Of a stretch of DNA of 64,000 bases, positions 19,702 through 28,403 are shown piece after piece. The notes beneath the pieces were generated by a model. It searched no databases and had not been told where the DNA came from. It saw only the letters and a list, made by a program, of their open reading frames with translations. Numbering within the stretch: the stretch's first letter is position 1; every line of letters begins with the position of its first letter. The DNA comes from Candidatus Moraniibacteriota bacterium (GTDB taxonomy: Bacteria; Patescibacteriota; Minisyncoccia; Moranbacterales; UBA1568): assembly GCA_052034935.1 (NCBI GenBank), contig JBPOIB010000004.1, positions 9,896 to 73,895 of the forward strand, read 5' to 3'. A program made the position numbers and the translations under genes.

Positions 19702-21759
19702 CTATACCGTTGGTGGGGATTTTCTTTTCTCTTTTTTCGGACCGTCGAGCTGCGCTTCGAGCGCGCGGATCTCATCACGGAGGATGGCCGCCGTCTCGAA
19801 ATCGAGCAGCTTCACCGCCGCCTTCATCTCACGTTCTTTTGAACGGATGATTTTCCCCGGATCCTTGGCAAATCCCTTGGCATCGAGTGCGAGCGACACG
19901 GCGACCGCCTTGTCATGCTCGCTCTGGAGCCGCTCGGTGATGTCATGGATGTTTTTCTTAATCGTCTGCGGCGTGATGCCGTGTTCGGTATTGTACGCGA
20001 GCTGGAGAGCGCGACGCCGGGCCGTCTCGGAGAGGGCATACTCGATCGAACCGGTTGCCCGGTCCGCATAAAGCGTCACCCGCCCCAAGACATTGCGGGC
20101 GGCGCGGCCGATGATCTGGATGAGCGAGGTCTCGGAACGGAGGAAGCCCTCCTTGTCCGCATCGAGGATGCCGATAAAGGTCACTTCCGGAAGGTCGAGC
20201 CCCTCGCGCAGCAGGTTTACACCGACCAAAACATCAAACTCGCCTTTGCGGAACTGGGTCAGAATTTTGATCCGATCGATGGTTTTGATATCGCTATGGA
20301 GGTATTCGGCCTTGATTTTCTTTTCTTTCAGGTACTGCGCCAGGTCCTCCGCCATTTTCTTGGTCAACGTCGTCGCGATGACGCGTCCGCCCTGCTTTAC
20401 TTCCTTTTCCGCTTCGGCGATAAAGTCCCCGATCTGGCCCGGATAGTCATCACTCGCGCGGATGGGTCGGACGCTCACCTCGGGATCGAGGAGGCCAGTC
20501 GGCCGGATGACTTGTTCGACGATCTGTTTACTCACTTCGCGCTCATAATCAGCTGGTGTCGCCGAAGTGAAGACGACGGAACCGACCCGCTCGAGGAATT
20601 CGTCATGCTTGAGCGGCCGGTTATCGAGCGCACTCGGGAGCCGGAAACCGAAATCGACGAGTGTTTTCTTCCTCGCCTGGTCGCCATTGTACATACCTCG
20701 AAGCTGCGGCAAAGTGACGTGTGACTCATCGATGATCGTGAGAAAATCCGGTGTTCCATCAGGAAGATGCGGAAAATACGAGAGGAGCGTCTCGGGCGGT
20801 TCGCCAGCCTGCTTCCCCGAAAGATGCCGCGAGTAGTTCTCGATGCCAGAACAGTAGCCGATCTCGTCGATCATCGCGACATCATAGTGTGTCCGCCGCT
20901 TCAGCCGCTCGGCCTCAAGCAGCTTTCCTTCCTTCTCGAACTTCTTCAGTTGTTCCGCAAGTTCTTCGCGGATCGTTACCAGCGCCTTCTCTTTCTTGTC
21001 CTGGTCGGTGATAAAATGCTTCGCTGGAAAAAGGAAAATCGACTGTTCTTTCGCGAGTATTGTCTGCGAGACGGGGTCAATCTTTGTGATGGCTTCGACA
21101 CGATTCGCGCCAATCTCGATTGAGTAGAGGAACTTCTCAGAGATCGGCATCACCTCGATTCGGTTTCCGATTGAGCGGAAATGCCCCGGCGTGATATCAG
21201 CGTTGGTCCGTTCGAAGAAAATCGCGACGAGACGCTTCAGTATCTCCTGGCGTGTGATAGCATCACCAAGCTTGAGCACGATATTCTCCCGGAGATACTC
21301 CTCAGGACTCCCTAAGCCGTAGATACATGAAACGCTCGCCACAATAATCACGTCTTTCCGGGTCAAAAGCGACTGAGTCGACGCATGCCTTAGACGGTCG
21401 ATCTCCTCGTTGATCGACGCGTCCTTTTCAATATAGGTATCCGTGATCGGCATGTAGGCCTCCGGTTGATAAAAATCGTAGTAGGAAACAAAGTAATGCA
21501 CCGCTGCATCCGGAAAGAACTCTTCAAATTCTTGTGCGAGCTGGGCGGCCAGCGTCTTGTTGTGAGCGATAACCAAGGTCGGCTTCCCCCACTGTGTGAT
21601 CGCATTCGCCATCGTGAACGTCTTGCCGGAACCGGTCACCCCGAGGAGTGTCTGGAAATCATCCCCGCGCTTGAGCCCATCGACTAAAGCAGAAATCGCC
21701 TTGGGCTGATCGCCGGCCGGCGGCCAGTTGGATTTGAGCTGAAAGGGTGAATTCGACAT
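19702..21759 (-). CDS. uvrB: Excinuclease ABC subunit B
   Basis: GVTGSGKTFT, YYDFYQPEAY, IDESH, NLLREGLDLPEV, C-terminal UVR motif. Confidence 0.97.
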   Translation of the reverse strand: MSNSPFQLKSNWPPAGDQPKAISALVDGLKRGDDFQTLLGVTGSGKTFTMANAITQWGKPTLVIAHNKTLAAQLAQEFEEFFPDAAVHYFVSYYDFYQPEAYMPITDTYIEKDASINEEIDRLRHASTQSLLTRKDVIIVASVSCIYGLGSPEEYLRENIVLKLGDAITRQEILKRLVAIFFERTNADITPGHFRSIGNRIEVMPISEKFLYSIEIGANRVEAITKIDPVSQTILAKEQSIFLFPAKHFITDQDKKEKALVTIREELAEQLKKFEKEGKLLEAERLKRRTHYDVAMIDEIGYCSGIENYSRHLSGKQAGEPPETLLSYFPHLPDGTPDFLTIIDESHVTLPQLRGMYNGDQARKKTLVDFGFRLPSALDNRPLKHDEFLERVGSVVFTSATPADYEREVSKQIVEQVIRPTGLLDPEVSVRPIRASDDYPGQIGDFIAEAEKEVKQGGRVIATTLTKKMAEDLAQYLKEKKIKAEYLHSDIKTIDRIKILTQFRKGEFDVLVGVNLLREGLDLPEVTFIGILDADKEGFLRSETSLIQIIGRAARNVLGRVTLYADRATGSIEYALSETARRRALQLAYNTEHGITPQTIKKNIHDITERLQSEHDKAVAVSLALDAKGFAKDPGKIIRSKEREMKAAVKLLDFETAAILRDEIRALEAQLDGPKKEKRKSPPTV

Positions 21760-21796
21760 ATGATGGGAATAAGAAATGCGAGTATAGCGCGAAAGA

Positions 21797-22489
21797 CTAG
21801 TCACGGGAAGGCTTGAAGAAATCTATGACGTGACGGAAAAGCCGGAAGCTATGATGACGATAGATATAGAGGAGCACGAAAATACCGATGGCGATGAGCA
21901 CGATGAGTATGCTCAGTCCGAAACGAACCCGCTCGATGTCCATGAAGAAAGCGCGAAGCTGACGAACGCCATAGTAGCCTGCAAAGGCGTAGAAGAGGTC
22001 CTTCGAGAAATTCCCACAGTAGGACGCGATGAGGAAGGCTTTAAGCCGGACACGGATGACGCCACAGGCGATTGATACTGCTGTGGTAGGAACAAATGGA
22101 ATCACCCGGAGGATATAGATGATTGCCCCGTCACGCCAGGGACTGCCACCCGCGAGTTTTCGACCAATCCGCTCGATGTCCTCATGCTTCACACCGATGT
22201 AGCGACCGAAACGACCAGTCAGGATATCCTCGGCCCGATCACCGACCGTGTAATAGATGAATGATCCGAGGAGCTTGCCAATGTTACCAAGCAGTACGAG
22301 CCAGACCAAGAAGAAAGTCGTCCGACCTTCCAATTGAGCAAAAAAACCAACCGTCGTCATAACCAGCATCGACGGAATCGGCGCGACCAGTTCCTCGGCG
22401 AAGGCGCCAAAAAATACAAAAATTTCAAGCGGCACAATGCCCGCCAACTCACGAATCCCGAATTCCGCTTGCTTGATCCAATCGATCAT
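21797..22489 (-). CDS. DedA/VTT-domain membrane protein
   Basis: EELVAPIPS, RVIPFVP, multiple TM helices. Confidence 0.8.
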   Translation of the reverse strand: MIDWIKQAEFGIRELAGIVPLEIFVFFGAFAEELVAPIPSMLVMTTVGFFAQLEGRTTFFLVWLVLLGNIGKLLGSFIYYTVGDRAEDILTGRFGRYIGVKHEDIERIGRKLAGGSPWRDGAIIYILRVIPFVPTTAVSIACGVIRVRLKAFLIASYCGNFSKDLFYAFAGYYGVRQLRAFFMDIERVRFGLSILIVLIAIGIFVLLYIYRHHSFRLFRHVIDFFKPSRD

Positions 22490-22513
22490 GAAGAAGTTAT
22501 ATTGTCCACCAGG

Positions 22514-22837
22514 CTACAGTGCCCGATTGAATGCATCATCGATTTTGTCCAAATCTTTCGGCTCGAGGTGGAGCTTGGAGGCATCGTGCCTGAGGTCCGC
22601 CATCATCTCTTCCTTTTCCCCATGGTTCATACCACTCGACATGAATCCCTGCTTGTCCATATGACCGGCCGCGGCTGCCCCAACAATCGTCCGTTCCTGC
22701 TCATTGAGGCCATCACGCCGGAGCCGGCCCATGACGTCTTTCTCTAGTTCGCGCTTGGTCACATGACCATAGGTATGTGGGGTCGGATGGGAGGAAGCGG
22801 GGGGCGTGCTTGGCTTTGATGGAAAAAAGAGGCCCAT
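22514..22837 (-). CDS. Hypothetical protein
   Basis: MGLFFPSK...; TATACT upstream. Confidence 0.6.
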   Translation of the reverse strand: MGLFFPSKPSTPPASSHPTPHTYGHVTKRELEKDVMGRLRRDGLNEQERTIVGAAAAGHMDKQGFMSSGMNHGEKEEMMADLRHDASKLHLEPKDLDKIDDAFNRAL

Positions 22838-22937
22838 AAGGTATTTGGTTAATACTTTGCTCCAGTATACCATCCGGCCGGATCGGAAGATGACAAAATC
22901 CAAAACTTTCCCTATACTCCCTCTGTCGACGTCTCTC

Positions 22938-23010
22938 GGGCCGTTAGCTTAGTTGGTAGAGCGCCGCGTTTGCAACGCGGAGGTCGCCGGTTCGAATCCG
23001 GCACGGTCCA
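22938..23010 (+). tRNA. tRNA-Ala(TGC)
   Basis: Cloverleaf with anticodon arm CCGCG-TTTGCAA-CGCGG, G3:U70 pair, GGTTCGAATCC; CCA not encoded. Confidence 0.95.
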
Positions 23011-23096
23011 CCCAAAGATGGTATAGTTGAGACACAGTCCGCCGAGACTTGATTGTTTTGGTGTTGTATTGTAGGATTCGGGGTGCTTTTCAGAGC

Positions 23097-23170
23097 GGGT
23101 GATTAGCTCAGGTGGTTAGAGCGCGACACTGATAATGTCGAGGTCCATGGTTCGAGTCCATGATCACCCA
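23097..23170 (+). tRNA. tRNA-Ile(GAT)
   Basis: GGGTGAT/ATCACCC acceptor stem; CGACA-CTGATAA-TGTCG. Confidence 0.95.
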
Positions 23171-23200
23171 CAGGAGTTGGTCTCCATCGAAAGAGAATAC

Positions 23201-23274
23201 AGCGGGGTAGAGCAGTCTGGCAGCTCGCTTGGCTCATAACCAAGAGGTCGGTGGTTCAAATCCACCCCCCGCAA
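23201..23274 (+). tRNA. Initiator tRNA-fMet(CAT)
   Basis: AGCGGGGTAGAGCAG start, 1:72 mismatch, TTCAAAT T-loop, CAT anticodon. Confidence 0.9.
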
Positions 23275-23382
23275 CAAATAACAGCCATCAGCAGGTGACA
23301 GATACTGTGGCAATTGTCTTCCCCTGCTTACGCTCTTATTTCCGCGCCATGCAATACGCGGAGGGCGACTTATTGCATCCCC

Positions 23383-23456
23383 GCCAGGGTAGCTCAGTTG
23401 GTTAGAGCACGGGACTCATAAGCCCGGGGTCGCGAGTTCGAATCTCGCCCCTGGTA
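23383..23456 (+). tRNA. tRNA with CAT anticodon (elongator Met; Ile2 not excluded)
   Basis: GCCAGGG/CCCTGGT acceptor stem, CTCATAA loop, GTTCGAATC. Confidence 0.88.
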
Positions 23457-23479
23457 CTGGTACAAAATTGAATATTCAC

Positions 23480-23556
23480 GGGGGCGTAGCTCAGCTGGTT
23501 AGAGCGTCTGCCTGTCACGCAGAAGGTCACGGGTTCGAGTCCCGCCGTCCCCGCCA
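23480..23556 (+). tRNA. tRNA-Asp(GTC)
   Basis: GGGGGCG/CGTCCCC acceptor stem, G73, encoded CCA, CTGTCAC loop. Confidence 0.95.
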
Positions 23557-23557
23557 T

Positions 23558-23596
23558 AACAAAATCTCTCCTCCTTTTGGGGGAGAGATTTTTGTT
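23558..23596 (+). terminator. Hairpin terminator after the tRNA cluster
   Basis: AACAAAATCTCTC...GAGAGATTTTTGTT. Confidence 0.7.
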
Positions 23597-23603
23597 CTAT
23601 AGT

Positions 23604-23758
23604 GGGGGCGAGAGGAAACCAACTGCTTGGTTTCCGTCGGGACGAGAAAGACGGAACGCTGCCGAGTCAGTAGACGAGGCTGTGAGTCAGGGTCGGGAAA
23701 ATTCATGAGCGACGGCGAATGAATTATTTCTGACCGAGTCCCGCCGTCCCCGCCATAA
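23604..23758 (+). repeat. tRNA-Asp-derived structured element ending in a 24-bp duplicate of the tRNA 3' end
   Basis: CGAGTCCCGCCGTCCCCGCCATAA occurs at 23536-23559 and 23735-23758; the element begins with GGGGGCG. Confidence 0.75.
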
Positions 23759-23797
23759 AAAACCGCGCTGCCTCCCTTGATGCAGCGCGGTTTTTTC
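23757..23797. terminator. Bidirectional terminator
   Basis: A6-CCGCGCTGC...GCAGCGCGG-T6. Confidence 0.75.
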
Positions 23798-23811
23798 TTA
23801 TTCGTTAAAAT

Positions 23812-24714
23812 CTAGTCTTCAGCCTCGCGTTCGGAATCCTCTTGATTTTCTTCGGATTCTTCTTGATCCTCATCATGATCTTCACTCTCCTCCTCTTCGC
23901 TTTCCTCTCCGTCTTCTTCATCAATATCTCTTTCTTCTGACCCCTCTTCGTCATCAGATTCTTCCTCATGTTCTTCGGCTTTCGGCCTCACCGATGCGGA
24001 CGTCGGTTTTTTCGATTCCCACGACCGGACTTCCGTCGCCCGGAACGTCTCATTATCCTCAGTTTCACCGATGATTTTTATCTCCTGATTTTCCTTCAGT
24101 TCAACCGACTCGCTCATGAGAGCATCTTCGGTATCGATCTTCCACGCCTTATCCTCGAAATCGCGGATTTCAAATGATTTTCCTTCATCGATTGAAGTGA
24201 TCGTGCCGCCAAGCAGACCGTCTTCCGGCTGCGACCACTGCTTTTCTACCGATGGCAGGACGCGGGCTTCGAAACTCCGGTAGCCGGGAATCTTGTACAT
24301 GAGCGCCGATTCGATCCGCTCCTCCCCTGGCCAGCGTTCGAATGTCGCGCCCATCGCTACGCCGGACAGAAAGAGCAGCCCGAACATGCTCACAAGCGAG
24401 TATCGATATCCGTACTTAGTCTGCCGAAGAAGAGCGACTCCAGCGATCAGTATCAGTGCGAGTAAAACCGTCCAGAGCAGTGGCGACAGTGACTGCAGAA
24501 CCTCAATCGGCGTAAAACCGAGTTCTTGATAGACATGCCAGTCGATCTCGAAGAGCACATGTACCGTCAGCATGATGCCAAAGGCCGCCAGCACGGAAAC
24601 AAAACCCGCAGCCGCCCATTTCGCTCCACCGAGAAGCAGAAGCTTCCACCGAGCAATCGGCGCCACTCGTCCCTCTGCGATACGTTCCAATGTTTTTGTC
24701 GAGAGTGCGGACAT
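23812..24714 (-). CDS. Membrane protein (putative anti-sigma partner) with 3 TM, DUF5666-like OB domain and acidic tail
   Basis: Directly downstream of the ECF sigma; LLGGTITSI...WKID...IKIIG...FRATEVR; D/E tail. Confidence 0.7.
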   Translation of the reverse strand: MSALSTKTLERIAEGRVAPIARWKLLLLGGAKWAAAGFVSVLAAFGIMLTVHVLFEIDWHVYQELGFTPIEVLQSLSPLLWTVLLALILIAGVALLRQTKYGYRYSLVSMFGLLFLSGVAMGATFERWPGEERIESALMYKIPGYRSFEARVLPSVEKQWSQPEDGLLGGTITSIDEGKSFEIRDFEDKAWKIDTEDALMSESVELKENQEIKIIGETEDNETFRATEVRSWESKKPTSASVRPKAEEHEEESDDEEGSEERDIDEEDGEESEEEESEDHDEDQEESEENQEDSEREAED

Positions 24715-24720
24715 AAGCGC

Positions 24721-25308
24721 TCAAGCATCAAGCTGTTTAAGGAGTAATTCTTTTCCACGCTTCACGGCCGTCGCCACGCTTCCCTTCGGCATTTTGAGGA
24801 TATCAACAATCTCTTCATATGACTTTTCTTCGAGAAAGCGCAGCACGAGTACCTCGCGATACCGCTCTGGTAGGGAGTCGATTGTTCGGCGCACGCTCTC
24901 AAGCTCTTCCTTATTCCAGAGAGATGCTTCGGTATCACTTTTTGCCGGGACAAGCCGGGCCACATCCTCGAGCGACCACTCGAAGCGCACCGGAGAAGCT
25001 GTGTGGCGGCGCAAAGCATCAATCGCCTGGTTATGAGTAATACGATAGAGCCACGCGGAAAATTTCAGCGATGAATCATAGTCGTTCAGATGGCGGTACG
25101 CCTTGATGAAGGCTTCCTGAAGAATATCTTCGACTTCCTCCCCAGCCCAGCCGGTCAGTCGCATCAGATAACGGAGAAGCGGGGCTTCATAGCGCTCCAT
25201 GAGCTGACCGAAAGCCTCCGGATTCTCCCTGGCGGCCGCGATTAAATCCTCGTCTTCGCGGGGGCGATCAGCCTCGTCTATCGGCATTTTCTGTTCCTCT
25301 GCAATCAT
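24721..25308 (-). CDS. ECF RNA polymerase sigma factor
   Basis: EDILQEAFIKAY, FSAWLYRITHN, LPERYREVLVLRF, SYEEI; start codon uncertain. Confidence 0.92.
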   Translation of the reverse strand: MIAEEQKMPIDEADRPREDEDLIAAARENPEAFGQLMERYEAPLLRYLMRLTGWAGEEVEDILQEAFIKAYRHLNDYDSSLKFSAWLYRITHNQAIDALRRHTASPVRFEWSLEDVARLVPAKSDTEASLWNKEELESVRRTIDSLPERYREVLVLRFLEEKSYEEIVDILKMPKGSVATAVKRGKELLLKQLDA

Positions 25309-25410
25309 TACGATATGCCTCAAGAGAGCCTTAATGACGGATTTTGAAAACAATTTCCCTGGAAATTCGTTGTACTCTCTGTAAGACGCTTAACGATTTT
25401 ATCCTATCAT

Positions 25411-25839
25411 ATGGGAAAAATAAAACTCCGACTCCTGCTTTTTGTCCTCTCCTTTGCAGCTTTCTTCGGTCCGTTCGGAGCGGTAATTGCCCACGAACGC
25501 AGCAAGTTTTTCTCAAGGCTTTCCGAGGAGCGGAAGGCGTATCTCGCCGAGCAGGCCGAGACGGAGCGTGCCCGGGTCGCCTATCTTCAGGATGTCGAAG
25601 TAAAACGCGGCGAGATGAAGGCCTATATGGAGACAGAAAAAGCTCGCTACGAAAGTATTCTCGCCAACCAGAAAACCGAGATAGAGAAGCATCAGCGTGT
25701 TGCGACGCGGACCACGACTGTGAACACGGTCCAGAAGCAAACAGTCTCGACACCGGCGAAAACGACTACCGCGGCAAAACCCGCAGCCACTGTTAAAAAA
25801 AGCAAACCAAAAGCGGCAGCGAAAACAAAAACTTCCTAA
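25411..25839 (+). CDS. Exported coiled-coil protein with T/K/A-rich tail ending KTKTS
   Basis: N-terminal TM; first gene of the apbE cluster. Confidence 0.75.
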   Translation: MGKIKLRLLLFVLSFAAFFGPFGAVIAHERSKFFSRLSEERKAYLAEQAETERARVAYLQDVEVKRGEMKAYMETEKARYESILANQKTEIEKHQRVATRTTTVNTVQKQTVSTPAKTTTAAKPAATVKKSKPKAAAKTKTS

Positions 25840-25850
25840 GGATAAAGACT

Positions 25851-26396
25851 ATGCGATTTCTCATTGCCCTCAGACTGACCAGCATTTTCATTCTCACTCT
25901 CGGCCTTGGTTTCGGCCTCAGTATCGCTCTGCCAGAGGCTAACCCATTTGCCGGCACTCACTCCGCGTGGGCGCGTGAGGATGATGAGGAAGGATCGGAA
26001 GATTCGGAGAGTTCCGAGGATTCGGAATACGAGGACGAGGATAGCGAAGATGAATCATACTCGAGCAGTGATGATGAAGCTGTAATCGAAACAGTGAGCG
26101 AAGAAAAGACCGCGAAGCCGGAAACCGTGGTTCAAAATGTGGTTACCGCGACACCAATCACCGAAACCTATATCGAAACCGATCCCGGCTACGGAACCGA
26201 TGGCGATGGCGATGGTCTCGTCGATGCGCTCGATCCCGATCCGGTCATTCCACAGACGGCCTACTTCACCGATGACGATGGCGACAGCGTACCGAACGCG
26301 CTCGATATCTGGCCGGGCACTGATGATCTCCTCACCCTCAGCGATGAGGAGGATACCAACAGCAACGGCATCCTCGACAGCTATGAATCGCTATGA
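25851..26396 (+). CDS. Exported acidic protein with DxDxDG (TSP3-like) Ca-binding repeats
   Basis: DGDGDGLVDALD, DDDGDSVPNALD, DTNSNGILD. Confidence 0.75.
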   Translation: MRFLIALRLTSIFILTLGLGFGLSIALPEANPFAGTHSAWAREDDEEGSEDSESSEDSEYEDEDSEDESYSSSDDEAVIETVSEEKTAKPETVVQNVVTATPITETYIETDPGYGTDGDGDGLVDALDPDPVIPQTAYFTDDDGDSVPNALDIWPGTDDLLTLSDEEDTNSNGILDSYESL

Positions 26397-27319
26397 GCGG
26401 ATTTCGGACACTCGAGCGCCGGGTAGAGGGAGAGATCATGGGAACCGATATCCTGCTGCGAATCGCCTCGTCCGATGAGAGCAAGGAGGTCATGGCCGAT
26501 TCACTCGAAGACGCTTTCCAGACGATGCGACACTTCGCTCGTCGCTACAGCCGCTTCATCAAAGGTAATGAGCTCTGGCAATTCAATCAGTCAACCGGAG
26601 GCGTCGTATCAACTGAGCTTTTTGACCTTCTCAGCCGAGCAAAGAAGCATTACAAGGAAACCAAAGGATTCTTCGATCCGAGCGTCCTCCCCTCGCTCGA
26701 ACGGGAAGGGTATGCGGGCGCCTATCCTGATAGCAATGATGTCTTTCCTCTCTCGCCGGATGATCTTGTCCTTGACACATCAATCCAAAGCGCGAGGAAG
26801 CCCCGAGGATTGAAACTCGATTTCGGCGGCTTCGGAAAAGGCTATATCGTTGATCGGGTTACGGAAAAACTGGGACGAAAATACCGGCACGTACTGGTGG
26901 ATGCGGGTGGCGATATCGCGCTTCGCGGCAGCGATGTCGGACGTGGTGAGAGTGGCTGGATTATCGGTGTCGAGCATCCGCTCGAGCGTGATACCGATCT
27001 CTGTCTCCTCTCCCTCTCCGATCAAGCGGTCGCAACCTCGGGGAAAAACCGGCGTGTCTGGCAGTCTGCCGGAGAGGAAAAACACCATCTCATTGATCCT
27101 GCGACCAGACAGTCGAGCCGGAGCGATCTCCTCTCGGTAACGGTCATCGCTTTGACTGCGGAGGCGGCCGATGTAGCGGCAAAAACACTCTTTCTCTTAG
27201 GAAGTAATGCCGGCCGCATATCAGCCCTGGAACGGTCCATCCCCGCCATTTTCTTCGACACCGCTGGAACATTCGAAATAAATAATTTTGCCCAACCCTA
27301 TGTCTGGAATGCTGCGTAG
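26393..27319 (+). CDS. apbE: FAD:protein FMN transferase
   Basis: MGT, SRF...EL, LDFGGFGKGYIVD, DAGGDI, VATSG, HHLIDP, ADVAAK. Confidence 0.93.
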   Translation: MSGFRTLERRVEGEIMGTDILLRIASSDESKEVMADSLEDAFQTMRHFARRYSRFIKGNELWQFNQSTGGVVSTELFDLLSRAKKHYKETKGFFDPSVLPSLEREGYAGAYPDSNDVFPLSPDDLVLDTSIQSARKPRGLKLDFGGFGKGYIVDRVTEKLGRKYRHVLVDAGGDIALRGSDVGRGESGWIIGVEHPLERDTDLCLLSLSDQAVATSGKNRRVWQSAGEEKHHLIDPATRQSSRSDLLSVTVIALTAEAADVAAKTLFLLGSNAGRISALERSIPAIFFDTAGTFEINNFAQPYVWNAA

Positions 27320-28163
27320 CACCATCGTCACCGCTCTCTTCCTTTTCTGTCTCGGTACGACGCCAGCCGGAGCGGTTGTTCAGGATACCGATTTCGACGG
27401 CCTGACGGACGCCGCTGAACTCACCGTCTACAGTACCAATCCAAACATCGCCGATACGGATGGCGATTTGACCAGCGATGGGAACGAGGTAATCGCCAGT
27501 ACGAATCCGCTTGATGCAACTTCTTCTCCAGCTGAAACCTGGCAAAGCGAAAGTGTCGGGCTTATTCCTCGCAGTGAGTCGCTCCCTTGGTATATCGGCC
27601 GGGCGAGCGGTATCCTCGCTTTCATCCTGTTTTCAGTCGTCGTCATCAATGGACTCCTCATCTCAACGCGCCTCGTGTGGAAAATTCTGCCGCCCGCACT
27701 CAACTACGAGATGCACCGCTTCTTCTCCTGGATGGCGCTCCTCGCTACATTTGGGCACGCGAGCAGTTTCATGTTCGATCATTATTTTCACCTCTCGGCT
27801 ACTGAGACGCTTGTCCCTTTTCTCCTCACGCGGCCAATAACAAGCACGCTCGGGCTTTCAATCGGTTGGACGGTCGGTCTCGGTATCATCGCGGTTTATG
27901 GGGCACTCGCGCTTGTCCTGAGCTCTGAGTTTCGCAATCGGATCGGGGTAAAAGCGTGGCGTCGACTCCACTACATGAGCTTCGCCATGTATCTCCTCTT
28001 CCTCGGTCATGGCATCCTTTCCGGAACCGATTCGAAGGAATGGTGGATGATCTCAACCTATACGACTTCCGGAGTCATTGTCTTCAGCCTCACTACTGTC
28101 CGGATCATCGCTTCGATCAAAGCACACCAAATGAAAGCGACCGCGCTCGCCGAACAATCGTAG
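27300..28163 (+). CDS. Ferric-reductase-like transmembrane cytochrome b with N-terminal TSP3-like repeats
   Basis: DTDFDGLTD, DTDGDLTSDGNE; WYIGRASG, HRFFSW...GH, WRRLHY...HG..SGTD. Confidence 0.85.
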   Translation: MSGMLRSTIVTALFLFCLGTTPAGAVVQDTDFDGLTDAAELTVYSTNPNIADTDGDLTSDGNEVIASTNPLDATSSPAETWQSESVGLIPRSESLPWYIGRASGILAFILFSVVVINGLLISTRLVWKILPPALNYEMHRFFSWMALLATFGHASSFMFDHYFHLSATETLVPFLLTRPITSTLGLSIGWTVGLGIIAVYGALALVLSSEFRNRIGVKAWRRLHYMSFAMYLLFLGHGILSGTDSKEWWMISTYTTSGVIVFSLTTVRIIASIKAHQMKATALAEQS

Positions 28164-28200
28164 CATGGCCAAAACCGCCCGCATCATCTAGAATATGGCC

Positions 28201-28359
28201 ATGTTTTCCGCATCTTTCTTCACTCTCAAGGATTTGTTCCGTTCCGTTATCCTCGGCGTTCTCGTCGGCTGGCTTCTGGTCTCAATCGACGATCCGACCC
28301 ACAAGCGCTTCGACTTTACGATTACCGGTATCGAATCAGCTGACCAGGCTCGAGGGTAA
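28201..28359 (+). CDS. Small single-TM protein, 52 aa (below the ORF-track cutoff)
   Basis: MFSASFFTLKDLFRSVILGVLVGWLLVSIDD...; TAGAAT 6 nt upstream; hairpin after the stop. Confidence 0.5.
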   Translation: MFSASFFTLKDLFRSVILGVLVGWLLVSIDDPTHKRFDFTITGIESADQARG

Positions 28360-28403
28360 AGCGAAAGCGGCCAATCGGCCGCTTTTTTTCTGTTGAAGAA
28401 AAT

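Noticed and set aside
22938-23170. rRNA operon spacer suggested by tRNA-Ala and tRNA-Ile
   Set aside because: No rRNA sequence flanks them, and each has its own promoter-like sequence.
23536-23758. Prophage or integrative element at tRNA-Asp
   Set aside because: Only about 175 bp lie between the repeats and there are no integrase or phage genes; kept as a tRNA-like element instead.
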